Source: an uncultured Pelagibacteraceae bacterium
GTDB lineage: Bacteria; Pseudomonadota; Alphaproteobacteria; Pelagibacterales; Pelagibacteraceae
Assembly: GCA_902622245.1 (NCBI GenBank)
Contig: CACNPC010000003.1
Span: 55,491-119,490 of the forward strand
DNA length: 64,000 bases
Reading direction: 5' to 3'
Shown: one piece after another, positions 18,707 through 28,421 of the stretch
How the letters are laid out: each line of letters starts with the position of its first letter
Numbering within the stretch: the first letter of the stretch is position 1
Made by a program: the position numbers and the translations under genes
Notes under the pieces: model-generated
What the model saw: only the letters and a program-made list of their open reading frames with translations
Told to the model about the DNA's origin: nothing
Database searches by the model: none

Positions 18707-19378
18707 TTTTAAAGAATTTTGAAAATTAAATCTTGTTTTAGGAAAATTAAGATTATTCGGTTTAACTATTGTTTTATCTAAAAAGTCTCCTACAATTTTT
18801 AAAGCATTAAAAGTATCTTCAAAACTTATATCTACTTCATCTTTATTTACTAAAAAGTTTGGTATAATTTTGTCAGAATTTTTTAATTTATAATTAATTT
18901 TATTACCATCGGGAACTTCTTCTACATAATCATTAAAATCTATGTCATATCCAATCAATTTATAAAAGTTTAATTCCCAATTTACAAATTTTGAAAGCCA
19001 ATATTCATCTTTTAATATCTCAAAATATTTGTCAATTAAGAAATAAATCTCACTATTTTTTTCATTCTCTACTGTTAAAATTTTAATCAAATTCATTGTA
19101 TAAATAATACAAAGTAGTTTTTGTTTATCTTCTAAAAAGTATGGAGTTTTAAATTCATCTATTTCAATTTTTAAAGAGCCAATTTTAGATTGAGATTTAG
19201 AATTATAATTTATATGCAATTTATTACCTTCTAATAAATAGTTTTTGATTTTTTTTGAAGTTCCTCCAAAAATTATTCCTGAAATTTTTCCATGATTTTC
19301 AGTATAAAATTCAGAGATTACAGAATTTTCGTTATATTTATTTTTTGAAAGTAAGTAGCCTTTATCTTGCCAATTCAT
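18698..19378 (-). CDS. recO: DNA repair protein RecO
   Basis: MNWQDKGYLL...YNENS...TENHGKISG, ELNFYKLIGY; synteny. Confidence 0.87.
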   Translation of the reverse strand: MNWQDKGYLLSKNKYNENSVISEFYTENHGKISGIIFGGTSKKIKNYLLEGNKLHINYNSKSQSKIGSLKIEIDEFKTPYFLEDKQKLLCIIYTMNLIKILTVENEKNSEIYFLIDKYFEILKDEYWLSKFVNWELNFYKLIGYDIDFNDYVEEVPDGNKINYKLKNSDKIIPNFLVNKDEVDISFEDTFNALKIVGDFLDKTIVKPNNLNFPKTRFNFQNSLKLI

Positions 19379-20040
19379 TATATTTTAATAGTTTCTAAAA
19401 GTTTCAGAGCGGCAGCTTGTTCTGCATTTTTTTTTGAACTACCATCAGCGATAACTGTTTTGCTATTCTTAATTTTTACACTAATTTTAAAATTCGGTTT
19501 ATGTCTTGGTCCCGTATTAGAAATAAGTTTATATATTGGCAATATTTTAAATTTCTTTAATGAATATTCTTGTAATCTTGTTTTTGAGTCGATTACTGTA
19601 ACATCTGATAAGTTTAAATAATTTTTCCAATAATTTAATATAAATTTTGATGAAACTTCAAAACCTTTATCTATATAGATTGCTCCTATCAGAGACTCAC
19701 AACAATCTGATATAATTTTTTTTTCAATATTAACCTTTTTTTTCTTTTCAGTGTTTCCTGTTAAAATATAATTATCTAACTCTAATTCTTTACCAATTTC
19801 AAAACATTTGTTTTTATTAACTAAATTTGCAAGTTTTTTATCAATCATACCTACTTTTTCATTTGGATATAACTCTAAAAGTTTCTTTGATATAACAAAC
19901 CCTAAAACTCTATCACCTAAAAATTCCAATTTTTCATAATTATTTTTTGTATCAAAACTTTTGTGTGTTAAGGCTTGTGTTAATAGTTTATCATCTTTAA
20001 AGTTAATACCTATTTTCTTTTGTAGTTTGTTTAACTTCAT
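19378..20040 (-). CDS. rnc: Ribonuclease III
   Basis: ALTHKS, EKLEFLGDRVL, ESLIGAIYID, dsRBD (KTRLQE...GPRHKPNF). Confidence 0.96.
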   Translation of the reverse strand: MKLNKLQKKIGINFKDDKLLTQALTHKSFDTKNNYEKLEFLGDRVLGFVISKKLLELYPNEKVGMIDKKLANLVNKNKCFEIGKELELDNYILTGNTEKKKKVNIEKKIISDCCESLIGAIYIDKGFEVSSKFILNYWKNYLNLSDVTVIDSKTRLQEYSLKKFKILPIYKLISNTGPRHKPNFKISVKIKNSKTVIADGSSKKNAEQAAALKLLETIKI

Positions 20041-20044
20041 TTAT

Positions 20045-20773
20045 TTAAATTATTTTATTAAAAAATCTTTCAAATCGAACTATTTCATTCCATTTGAAAA
20101 TGTTAAATATACTTCCTTTCCTTGGATTAGATGAAAAAAATAAAATTTGTGCTTTTCCAACTAAATTATTTTGATTAACATAACCAACTTCAGATAGAAA
20201 TCTGCTGTCTTTAGAACAATCCCTATTATCACCTAAGAAAAAAAAGTGATTTTCAGGAACAATGTATTTATCTGAATTGGAAAAAGTTATATCAGTTCTA
20301 TATGCAGCTAAATAACTTTTTCCATTTGGAAGTTTTTCTTCAAATATATTGACATCAATTTGGGATGATCCACAATATAACTTATCATTTTTGCTTTTAA
20401 TTGTTTTTAATACTTGATTAGAATTTATATATAAATCACCATCAATAAATTGTATTGTATCACCTGGTAAACCAATCAATCTTTTAATATAATCTGTACG
20501 ATTATCAGCAGGTGTTTTAAAAACTATAACATCTCCTCTTTTAGGGTTTTTATTTAATATACGTCCTTTAAAAATAGGAGGACTAAAAGGAAATGAATGT
20601 TTACTATATCCGTAAGAAAATTTTGTAACAAATAATCTGTCACCCACAAGCAAGTTAGTTTCCATTGATGATGATGGTATATAAAATGGCTGGATTAATA
20701 TTGATCTTATAAATACTGCAATTATTAATGCATAAAATAATGTTTTAGTATTATCAATTATGAAATTTTTCAT
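20045..20773 (-). CDS. lepB: Signal peptidase I
   Basis: IPSSSM, DYIKRLIGLPGD, GDNRDCSKDSR. Confidence 0.96.
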   Translation of the reverse strand: MKNFIIDNTKTLFYALIIAVFIRSILIQPFYIPSSSMETNLLVGDRLFVTKFSYGYSKHSFPFSPPIFKGRILNKNPKRGDVIVFKTPADNRTDYIKRLIGLPGDTIQFIDGDLYINSNQVLKTIKSKNDKLYCGSSQIDVNIFEEKLPNGKSYLAAYRTDITFSNSDKYIVPENHFFFLGDNRDCSKDSRFLSEVGYVNQNNLVGKAQILFFSSNPRKGSIFNIFKWNEIVRFERFFNKII

Positions 20774-21156
20774 TTTTTTCTATTCAAAATAACAAATGCA
20801 ATTGAGTGGTTTTTTTCATCTGAAAGTGAAAGATGTATATTGTAATTCTTTAATTTAAATTTTTTTTTTAATATATCTTTTATTTTCTGTGAAATTTTAA
20901 TTTTAGGTAATCCTTTCTTATTATTGTATATTTCAATATCATTAAAATTAATATTATCTCTAAAGCCTGTGCCTATCGATTTAACGAAAGCTTCTTTAGC
21001 AGCAAATCTTTTAGCAAAATAATTCGTTTTGTTTCTGTATTTTTTTGATTGGCTAATTTCATTCAATGTAAAGAGTCTTTTTTTAAAACCTTTAATTTTT
21101 AGGGATTTTTCTATTCTTTTATTATCAATAATATCAACACCGTTACCAATTATCAT
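20770..21156 (-). CDS. acpS: Holo-ACP synthase
   Basis: GNGVDII, AKRFAAKEA, LSLSDE. Confidence 0.95.
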   Translation of the reverse strand: MIIGNGVDIIDNKRIEKSLKIKGFKKRLFTLNEISQSKKYRNKTNYFAKRFAAKEAFVKSIGTGFRDNINFNDIEIYNNKKGLPKIKISQKIKDILKKKFKLKNYNIHLSLSDEKNHSIAFVILNRKK

Positions 21157-21875
21157 TAGTTTAATATTTTTATAAAATTAGTTATTACTTTTTTCATACC
21201 AAACATGATGGCCTCTCCAATTATAAAATGTCCAATATTAAATTCCTCTATAGATTTAATCTTTCTTAAAATTTTAGTTGATTTATAATCAAGGCCATGG
21301 CCTGCATGAACTTCCATTCCTAGTTTTTTTGCTAGCATGGCACAATTTTTTATTTTTTTTAACTCGACTAAATAATTTTTGTTATTTTTAACTTTTAAAG
21401 CAAATTTGCCTGTATGAAGTTCCACACACTTTGCATTTAATTCTTTTGATACAAAAACATCTTTAATATTTGGATTGATGAAAAGACTTGTTCTAATTTT
21501 TTTTGAATTTAATTTACTGATTACTTTTTTAATTATTTTTTTATTTTTTGTGATATTTAAACCTCCTTCGGTGGTTATTTCATTCCTTTTTTCAGGAACT
21601 ATACAAACAAAATTAGGTTTATATTTTAATGCAATTTTAAGCATTTCATTGTTAGCTGCCATTTCTAAATTTATTGGTACTCTTTTAATTTTTGAAAATA
21701 TAGCTACGTCTTCATCTCGAATATGTCTACGATCTTCTCTTAAATGAATAGTAATAGAATTTGCACCGAAATTCATAACTTGCCTTGCATATGAAATAGG
21801 ATCAGGATGTCCCTCTCCTCTGGCATTTCTTAATGTTGCAATATGATCTACGTTAACACCTAGTCTAGATTTCAT
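21156..21875 (-). CDS. pdxJ: Pyridoxine 5'-phosphate synthase
   Basis: LGVNVDHIATLRNAR, HLREDRRHI, VELHTG, HAGHGL, EFNIGH. Confidence 0.97.
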   Translation of the reverse strand: MKSRLGVNVDHIATLRNARGEGHPDPISYARQVMNFGANSITIHLREDRRHIRDEDVAIFSKIKRVPINLEMAANNEMLKIALKYKPNFVCIVPEKRNEITTEGGLNITKNKKIIKKVISKLNSKKIRTSLFINPNIKDVFVSKELNAKCVELHTGKFALKVKNNKNYLVELKKIKNCAMLAKKLGMEVHAGHGLDYKSTKILRKIKSIEEFNIGHFIIGEAIMFGMKKVITNFIKILN

Positions 21876-22462
21876 TTTAAATATCTACTTCCAGGTTTTG
21901 TAATTGGAATTTTTTTTAACTCAATTGGTAAATTATTTTTTTTATAAGTTGGTATTTCTAATTTAATTTGAGAAACAATATTTTTATCTTTAATTTTCAA
22001 ACTTGGTTTGCTAGATCTATTAATTAAACACGCATATCCAACAACTTTTGATTTATATTTTTTTACAAGTCGAGCACATTCTAAACTTGACTTACCTGTA
22101 GTAATTACGTCTTCTACTATCAAAACTTTAGAATTTTTTTTAATTGAAAAACCTCTTCTTAAAATAAATTTCCCATTAACTCTTTCACAAAATATTGTCT
22201 CCTTATTCAATAAATTTCCAACGATATAACCTATTACAATACCGCCCATAGCTGGTGACAATATTATATCGATTTTTTTGAATTTTTTTTTTATTTTAGT
22301 GCTTAAGGATCTACAAAATTCTTCTGATTTTTTTGGATAACTTAATAATTTAGCACACTGAACATACTGGGGTGAATGTAAACCTGAAGATAAAACAAAA
22401 TGTCCCTCTAAAAGTGCCTTAGTTTTTTTTAAAACCGCTAAAGAATCTTTTAAAGAAAGCAT
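21872..22462 (-). CDS. pyrE: Orotate phosphoribosyltransferase
   Basis: GHFVLSSGLHS, PAMGG, VEDVITTGKS. Confidence 0.95.
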   Translation of the reverse strand: MLSLKDSLAVLKKTKALLEGHFVLSSGLHSPQYVQCAKLLSYPKKSEEFCRSLSTKIKKKFKKIDIILSPAMGGIVIGYIVGNLLNKETIFCERVNGKFILRRGFSIKKNSKVLIVEDVITTGKSSLECARLVKKYKSKVVGYACLINRSSKPSLKIKDKNIVSQIKLEIPTYKKNNLPIELKKIPITKPGSRYLK

Positions 22463-24161
22463 ATTTTTTGTTTTTATGTCTAATTATTTTGAAGTTATAT
22501 TCTTTCTGTTTTAGCTCACTAATAAGTTTTGTAAAGTTTTTCAAATCTTGAATAATTAGGTTGAACCTAAAATTAATGGTTCTTTTAGTCTTTTCCACCA
22601 TTTCAACACTTGAAATATTTACATTATTGGTTCCAATCATTGTTGTAACGTCACCTAATATTCCAGGTCTGTCAGGTAAAGACATCCAAAGTGTAGTGTT
22701 ATATTTTTTTTCTGTAGGCTTGCTGTCTTCTTTGTATTGCCAGTATCTTCTTATAGCGGCTCTAGCTTTACCGGTTTTAGCACTTGTTATCCAATGCAAA
22801 GAAGGTGAATCTTTTTTTGATGTTAATATTTTAACTACATCTCCATTTCGCAATATTGATTGTAAAGGACTTTCCTTTCCATTTATTTCACATCCAATCG
22901 CAGTATCACCTACTTTAGTGTGAACTGCATAAGCAAAATCAATTGGACTTGCTTCTTTGGGTAATTTTATAACTGAACCTTTTGGTGTAAAACAAAAAAC
23001 ATTTTCTTGAAACATTTGCAATTTTGTATACTCAAAATAATGTTCAGGATTTTCATTTTTATCTATAATTTCTACTAGATCTGCTAACCAATCATATTCC
23101 TTCCAAGTTAAAGAATTAAACTTTTCTGACGATTTATATTTCCAATGAGAAGCTATACCTCTTTGCGCAAATTCATGCATTTGTTGTGTTCTTAGTTGTA
23201 TTTCAATAGGTCTTTTATTTGGACCAATCACTGCTGTATGAAGAGATTTATAATTATTTATTTTTGGAGATGAAATGTAATCTTTAAATCTACCAGGTAT
23301 GCAATTCCATTTATTATGAATTACGCCTAAGGTTTTGTAACAATTTTCAACATTATCTAAAATTATTCTAAAACCAATTATGTCTGTAATTTGTTCTAGT
23401 GAAGTCCTTTTTTTTTGTATTTTTCTCCAAATAGAAAAAGGAGTTTTTTCTCTTGAATGAATTTTAAAATCGATATCATTTTCATTTAATAAATTTTCAA
23501 ATTGACTAAGAACTGAATTATAATTAATTAAATTATTATCTTTTATTGTGTCTAATCTATCTTTGATCATTTTTCTTGCTTCAGGATTTAAAATATCGAA
23601 AGAAAGATCTTCAAGTTCATCTCTTATTCTATTCATTCCCATTCTATCAGCTAGGGGAGCATAAATTTCCATAGTTTCTTTAGCAATTCTTTTTCTTTTT
23701 TCCTCTTTATCAATAGCCTTTAAGGTTCGCATATTATGTAAACGATCTGCAAGCTTCACAAGAAGGACTCTGATATCTTTAGATGTTGCTAAGATGAGCT
23801 TTCTAAAATTTTCAGCTTTTGAATTAGAAATAGCCTGGTTTTCAAAAACTGAAATTTTTGTAACTCCATCAACTAAGTCAGCAACTTCTTTTCCAAATTG
23901 TTCTTCTATAGTTTTGTAAGTTGCATAAGTATCTTCTATAGTATCATGAAGTAAGCCAGTTGCTATCGTTGCACTATCCAACTTAAGTTCAGTTAAAATA
24001 TTTGCAACAGCAACAGGATGAATAACGTAGGGATCTCCTGATTTTCGTTTTTGATCTTTATGAACTTTTACTGCAAAATTATATGCTTTACTTAGAGTTT
24101 CCGGGTTAAGAAACTTATTGTATGATTTAACCTTATTTATTAATTCGTCAGAATTTAACAT
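22419..24161 (-). CDS. spoT: Bifunctional (p)ppGpp synthetase/hydrolase (Rel/SpoT), shortened C-terminal region
   Basis: HP..VA, LLHDTIED, KLADRLHNMRT, RFKDYI, YKSLHT, TGS (DFAYAVHT), C-terminal ACT (DRPGILG). Confidence 0.95.
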   Translation of the reverse strand: MLNSDELINKVKSYNKFLNPETLSKAYNFAVKVHKDQKRKSGDPYVIHPVAVANILTELKLDSATIATGLLHDTIEDTYATYKTIEEQFGKEVADLVDGVTKISVFENQAISNSKAENFRKLILATSKDIRVLLVKLADRLHNMRTLKAIDKEEKRKRIAKETMEIYAPLADRMGMNRIRDELEDLSFDILNPEARKMIKDRLDTIKDNNLINYNSVLSQFENLLNENDIDFKIHSREKTPFSIWRKIQKKRTSLEQITDIIGFRIILDNVENCYKTLGVIHNKWNCIPGRFKDYISSPKINNYKSLHTAVIGPNKRPIEIQLRTQQMHEFAQRGIASHWKYKSSEKFNSLTWKEYDWLADLVEIIDKNENPEHYFEYTKLQMFQENVFCFTPKGSVIKLPKEASPIDFAYAVHTKVGDTAIGCEINGKESPLQSILRNGDVVKILTSKKDSPSLHWITSAKTGKARAAIRRYWQYKEDSKPTEKKYNTTLWMSLPDRPGILGDVTTMIGTNNVNISSVEMVEKTKRTINFRFNLIIQDLKNFTKLISELKQKEYNFKIIRHKNKKYAFFKRFFSGFKKN

Positions 24162-24181
24162 TAATTTATTATATCACTTAT

Positions 24182-24709
24182 TTAGATAACTTTAATACTT
24201 CTTAAATTATTTTTTTTTAAAGAAGATAAGAGTTTTACTATATTTTTTTTTAATTTTGGGTGAGACCAATTCTTACATATTTCAAACAGCGGCATAAGTA
24301 CAAAGTTTCTATTATGCATTCTTGGATGCGGGATCTCTAAATTGATCAATTTTTTATTTGATTTAGTTATCTTTCCATTAAAGTCTAATATATCAATATC
24401 ACAATTTCTTGGATGATTTTGAGGAGATATTTTTCTGCCTAATTTTTTTTCTATAGACTTAATTATTTTAAAGAGTTCAAATTGATTTAATTTTGTTTTT
24501 ATCAATAATACAGCATTAATAAATTTTGGAAAACTTGGATCTGGCCATGACTCAGACTCATAATAACTAGATGTTTTGATAATTTTAATATCATGAGTTT
24601 CCAATAAATATTTAGATTTTTCTAAAAAATGTATTCTATTTCCTAAATTAGAACCTATTGATAGATATACATAATTAACTTGAGCGTCTGAAATATCTAG
24701 CTTTTTCAC
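24182..24709 (-). CDS. folK: 6-hydroxymethyl-7,8-dihydropterin pyrophosphokinase
   Basis: [31 protein letters not shown]; GTG 24709 inferred as start (inside smpB 3' end). Confidence 0.92.
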   Translation of the reverse strand: MKKLDISDAQVNYVYLSIGSNLGNRIHFLEKSKYLLETHDIKIIKTSSYYESESWPDPSFPKFINAVLLIKTKLNQFELFKIIKSIEKKLGRKISPQNHPRNCDIDILDFNGKITKSNKKLINLEIPHPRMHNRNFVLMPLFEICKNWSHPKLKKNIVKLLSSLKKNNLRSIKVI

Positions 24710-25145
24710 GGTTCCAATCTTTAGTTTTTTTGGTTTGTCGCTTATCGTATTGTTTTTTTCCCTTTGCAACAGCTATTTCAACTTTAGCTTTACCTTTTTT
24801 GAAATACATTTTAGTTGGAACCAAAGTTAGACCATCCTCATTCATTTTACCAATTAGTTTGTTAATTTCCCTTTTGTTAAATAACAATTTTCTTTCTGAG
24901 TAAGGATTGTGATTTGAATAGCTGGCTTGTTTATATATGGGTATATGTGAATTAATTAAAAAAATTTCTCCTTCTTTTTCTACTGCGTATGACTCTGCAA
25001 TATTTACTTTTCCATCTCTTACAGATTTTATTTCAGAACCTTTTAGCACAATTCCAGCTTCTAGGATTTCCTTAAAGAAAAAATTAAAAGATGCTTTTCG
25101 ATTTATTGTAATTATCTTGATGCCAAATGTGGATTTATCACTCAT
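24675..25145 (-). CDS. smpB: SsrA-binding protein
   Basis: [31 protein letters not shown]; ATG 25145. Confidence 0.96.
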   Translation of the reverse strand: MSDKSTFGIKIITINRKASFNFFFKEILEAGIVLKGSEIKSVRDGKVNIAESYAVEKEGEIFLINSHIPIYKQASYSNHNPYSERKLLFNKREINKLIGKMNEDGLTLVPTKMYFKKGKAKVEIAVAKGKKQYDKRQTKKTKDWNREKARYFRRSS

Positions 25146-26025
25146 CAATAAGTTTTGCTACTTTCAATGCTATTTCGACTTCCTTTTTTGTATTTTCAGT
25201 TATTTTTACCAAAGGTAATCTTACAGCATCATCGCATAGTCCAAGTAATTTAGCAGCATACTTAACTGGTGAAGGATTGCTTTCTATAAATAAATTTTTA
25301 TGCAACGGTTGCAACAAATCATCAAGTTCTTGAGCTTTTTTTAAATCATCCTCATTTGAAGATTTTGATAATTTTTGAAATTCAGAACATAATTTAGGAG
25401 CTACGTTTGCCGTAACACTAATTGTTCCAACTCCTCCTCGTTTATTAAATTCAAAAGCATTATCATCGTTTCCAGTAAGTTGAATGAAATCATTACCCAT
25501 TTTTTCTTTTTGTTGATCAACGCGATTTAGATCACCAGTAGCATCTTTAACTCCAACTATATTTTTTAGTTCATATAATCTCGCCATTGTTTCAACGCTC
25601 ATATCGATTACTGAACGACTTGGAATATTATAAATTATAATTGGAATTCCACAGTTATCGTTAATTGATTTATAATGTTGATATAGTCCTTCTTGAGTAG
25701 GTTTGTTATAATATGGTGTAACAACCAAAGCACCATCTGCACCTGCTTTTTCAGCGTGTTTAGTTAATGATACGGCTTCTTCTGTAGAATTAGATCCAGT
25801 GCCGGCTATAATGGGAAGTTTACCGGTAGCTTCTTTTATGCATAATTCAATTGTTCTCTCATGTTCATCATGTGATAAAGTTGGTGACTCACCAGTTGTT
25901 CCAACTGGAACTAACCCATTTGTTCCATTTTCCAGATGATGATTTATAATTTTTATGTAACTTTCTTCGTCAAGCTTGTTGTCTTTAAACGGTGTAATTA
26001 ATGCTACATTTGATCCTTTAAACAT
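25138..26025 (-). CDS. dapA: Dihydrodipicolinate (HTPA) synthase
   Basis: GTTGES, PYYNKP, YNIPSR, GVKDA, SNPSPVK. Confidence 0.97.
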   Translation of the reverse strand: MFKGSNVALITPFKDNKLDEESYIKIINHHLENGTNGLVPVGTTGESPTLSHDEHERTIELCIKEATGKLPIIAGTGSNSTEEAVSLTKHAEKAGADGALVVTPYYNKPTQEGLYQHYKSINDNCGIPIIIYNIPSRSVIDMSVETMARLYELKNIVGVKDATGDLNRVDQQKEKMGNDFIQLTGNDDNAFEFNKRGGVGTISVTANVAPKLCSEFQKLSKSSNEDDLKKAQELDDLLQPLHKNLFIESNPSPVKYAAKLLGLCDDAVRLPLVKITENTKKEVEIALKVAKLIDE

Positions 26026-26060
26026 AATTATTTATAACATAAGTTGTTTGATTTAATAAA

Positions 26061-28262
26061 ATGTATTTAAAATTATTAACAACAATTATCCTTTTTTTCT
26101 TATCGTTTCAATCTGCTTTTTCAAATGAAACTATACTTCCTATTAAAAAACCAGATTTAAATGAAAAAAATACAACAAGAAAAATAGCTGAAATCATTCC
26201 TCTACCAAAACCATCTGAAAAAGAAGATGAAATTCAACAGGAAATAAAAATTACTACCACGGAGATATTTAAGAAAATTGATGGTGTAATAATTCCAAAA
26301 AATAAGCCTCTAATAGTTAAAGAAAAATTAAGAAAGATAAAAAAACAAAAATTTTATAGCGATAGAGATTTGAGATATGCAAAACAAGCTATTTCATTTA
26401 TGGAGAAAAGTAATTGGAAGGATGCGAAAAAAGCCGCAAGTAAAGCAAGAGCAAAATCTATTTATGACTTTATTCAATGGAGACATCTACTTACAACTGG
26501 TAACAGTGCTACTTTTACAGAATATAAACAGTTTATCGAAAGAGTAAAAGATTATCCAAGAATAGATAGAGTTCGTTACTTAGGAGAGCATAAAATAAAT
26601 TCTAAAAATCATACTAAAAATGAAATTATACAGTGGTTCGATAAACACCCTCCTTTAAGTGGATTTGGAAAAATGATGCTAGGCGATGCTTTGTTATCAA
26701 AAAACAAAGAGTCAGCTATAAATTTAATAAAGGAAGGATTTATTACAGCTGATTTAAGTAAAAATGATCTTATTTTTTTTAGAAAGAAATTTAAAAAATA
26801 TTTGAACAGTAGTGATTATATTAAAAGAGCTGATTATTTAGCTTGGGAAAATAAATATTGGGATCTTAAAAGAATGTTAAGATATCTACCAAAAGATTAT
26901 CAACTTTTATATACAGCAAGACAATTGTTAATGAGCAGATCTTATGGAGTTGATAGCGCTATCTCGAATGTACCTGCAAGTTTAAAAAAAGATTCAGGTT
27001 TAAATTATGATAGACTCAAATGGAGAAGAAAAAGAGGAAGAGTTGATAGTTCTCTAGAAATTTTGTTAAATATCAAAAATAATAAAGATTATATGGTTCG
27101 CCCAGATAAATGGTGGGTTGAAAGATCAATAATTGCGAGATCACTTATCTATAAGAAAAGATATGAGCAAGCTTATAAAATTACAAGTAAACATGGACTA
27201 TCAGAGGGTGCTGAATTAGCTGAGGCAGAATGGATGAGTGGATGGATTGCTTTAAGTTTCTTAAAAGACCCAATTTTAGCAAAAAGTCATTTTACTAAAT
27301 TTTATAATAATGTTGGATATCCAATTAGTTTATCAAGAGGTGCTTATTGGCTTGGAAAAGCGAACTTAGCACTAAATAATAAGGAAGAAGCAGATAAATG
27401 GTTTAAAGAAGGTTCAAAATATCTAACAACCTATTATGGTCAATTATCTCATATGAAAATATATCCAAATAAAACTTTTGAACTTCAAGAAAGTACTCAA
27501 ATTGATAAAAATTATGCTGAAAGTTTTTACAAAAATAAATTGGTCGCGATAGTACATTTATTAGATGAGGTAAAAAAAGATAAATATACGAAACATATTT
27601 TAAGATTTCTAGCAAATGATAATGTTTCAGCGGGGAGTGAAATATTGGCAGCAAAACTTGCAACTGACATCTCTAGATTTGATTTTGCTATTCAGGTTTC
27701 TAAAATAGCATCTTATCAAAAAAGGTTTCATAACAAATATAATTATCCAGTAATAAGCACTCCTAATAAAGTTGGATCAAGAAAAATACCAGAACAAGCT
27801 TTAATTTTATCTATTATAAGACAAGAAAGTGAGTTTGATATATCTGCAAGAAGTAGAGTTGGAGCACAAGGTTTAATGCAGTTGATGCCTTATACTGCAA
27901 AGACAGTTGCTAAGCAGGCAAAAGTTTCTTATTCAAAATCTCGTTTAACAACAAGTCCTGAGTATAATATAAATTTGGGATCTTTTTATATTGCAGGTTT
28001 AATTCTTGATTATGATGGATCCTACCCTTTCGCTGTAGCAGCATATAATGCAGGACCTAAAAGAGTGAAGTATTGGAAAAAAATAAATAAAGATCCTCAA
28101 AAGAAACAAATCGATTATGTTGATTGGGTAGAACTTATTAAGTTTAAAGAGACCAGAAACTATGTTCAGAGGGTTATGGAGAATTACAATGTTTATAGAT
28201 ACATTTTGTCTCAAAAACCAATATTTTTAAAAGATTTTTTTAGAAATAATCCGCTCTATTAG
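26061..28262 (+). CDS. slt: Soluble lytic murein transglycosylase (Slt70-like)
   Basis: Signal peptide, helical repeats, IRQESEF, GLMQLMP, AYNAGP, ETRNYV. Confidence 0.9.
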   Translation: MYLKLLTTIILFFLSFQSAFSNETILPIKKPDLNEKNTTRKIAEIIPLPKPSEKEDEIQQEIKITTTEIFKKIDGVIIPKNKPLIVKEKLRKIKKQKFYSDRDLRYAKQAISFMEKSNWKDAKKAASKARAKSIYDFIQWRHLLTTGNSATFTEYKQFIERVKDYPRIDRVRYLGEHKINSKNHTKNEIIQWFDKHPPLSGFGKMMLGDALLSKNKESAINLIKEGFITADLSKNDLIFFRKKFKKYLNSSDYIKRADYLAWENKYWDLKRMLRYLPKDYQLLYTARQLLMSRSYGVDSAISNVPASLKKDSGLNYDRLKWRRKRGRVDSSLEILLNIKNNKDYMVRPDKWWVERSIIARSLIYKKRYEQAYKITSKHGLSEGAELAEAEWMSGWIALSFLKDPILAKSHFTKFYNNVGYPISLSRGAYWLGKANLALNNKEEADKWFKEGSKYLTTYYGQLSHMKIYPNKTFELQESTQIDKNYAESFYKNKLVAIVHLLDEVKKDKYTKHILRFLANDNVSAGSEILAAKLATDISRFDFAIQVSKIASYQKRFHNKYNYPVISTPNKVGSRKIPEQALILSIIRQESEFDISARSRVGAQGLMQLMPYTAKTVAKQAKVSYSKSRLTTSPEYNINLGSFYIAGLILDYDGSYPFAVAAYNAGPKRVKYWKKINKDPQKKQIDYVDWVELIKFKETRNYVQRVMENYNVYRYILSQKPIFLKDFFRNNPLY

Positions 28263-28357
28263 TGGCGGAAGGAGAGGGATTCGAACCCTCGGTACACCTT
28301 TTCAAGCGTACGGCGGTTTAGCAAACCGCTGGTTTAAACCAGCTCACCCATCCTTCC
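28263..28357 (-). tRNA. tRNA-Ser (anticodon GCT), CCA encoded
   Basis: Acceptor GGAAGGA/TCCTTCC, anticodon arm GCGGT-TTGCTAA-ACCGC, long variable arm with GAAA loop, T arm GAGGG-TTCGAAT-CCCTC. Confidence 0.97.
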
Positions 28358-28372
28358 ACGATAATATGTGTA

Positions 28373-28407
28373 ACTTGAAATCATTGAATATTCAATCATA
28401 TTCAAGT
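28373..28407. promoter_or_regulatory. Nested inverted repeat between divergent tRNA-Ser and soxB (candidate operator)
   Basis: ACTTGAA-atc-ATTGAATATTCAAT-cata-TTCAAGT: perfect 14-bp palindrome inside 7-bp outer arms. Confidence 0.45.
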
Positions 28408-28421
28408 AATTTCTCCAAAAT

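Noticed and set aside
28263-28357. tRNA-Ser as an integration site for the sox operon
   Set aside because: No integrase or duplicated tRNA 3' end; sox lies on the 5' side and slt abuts the 3' end directly
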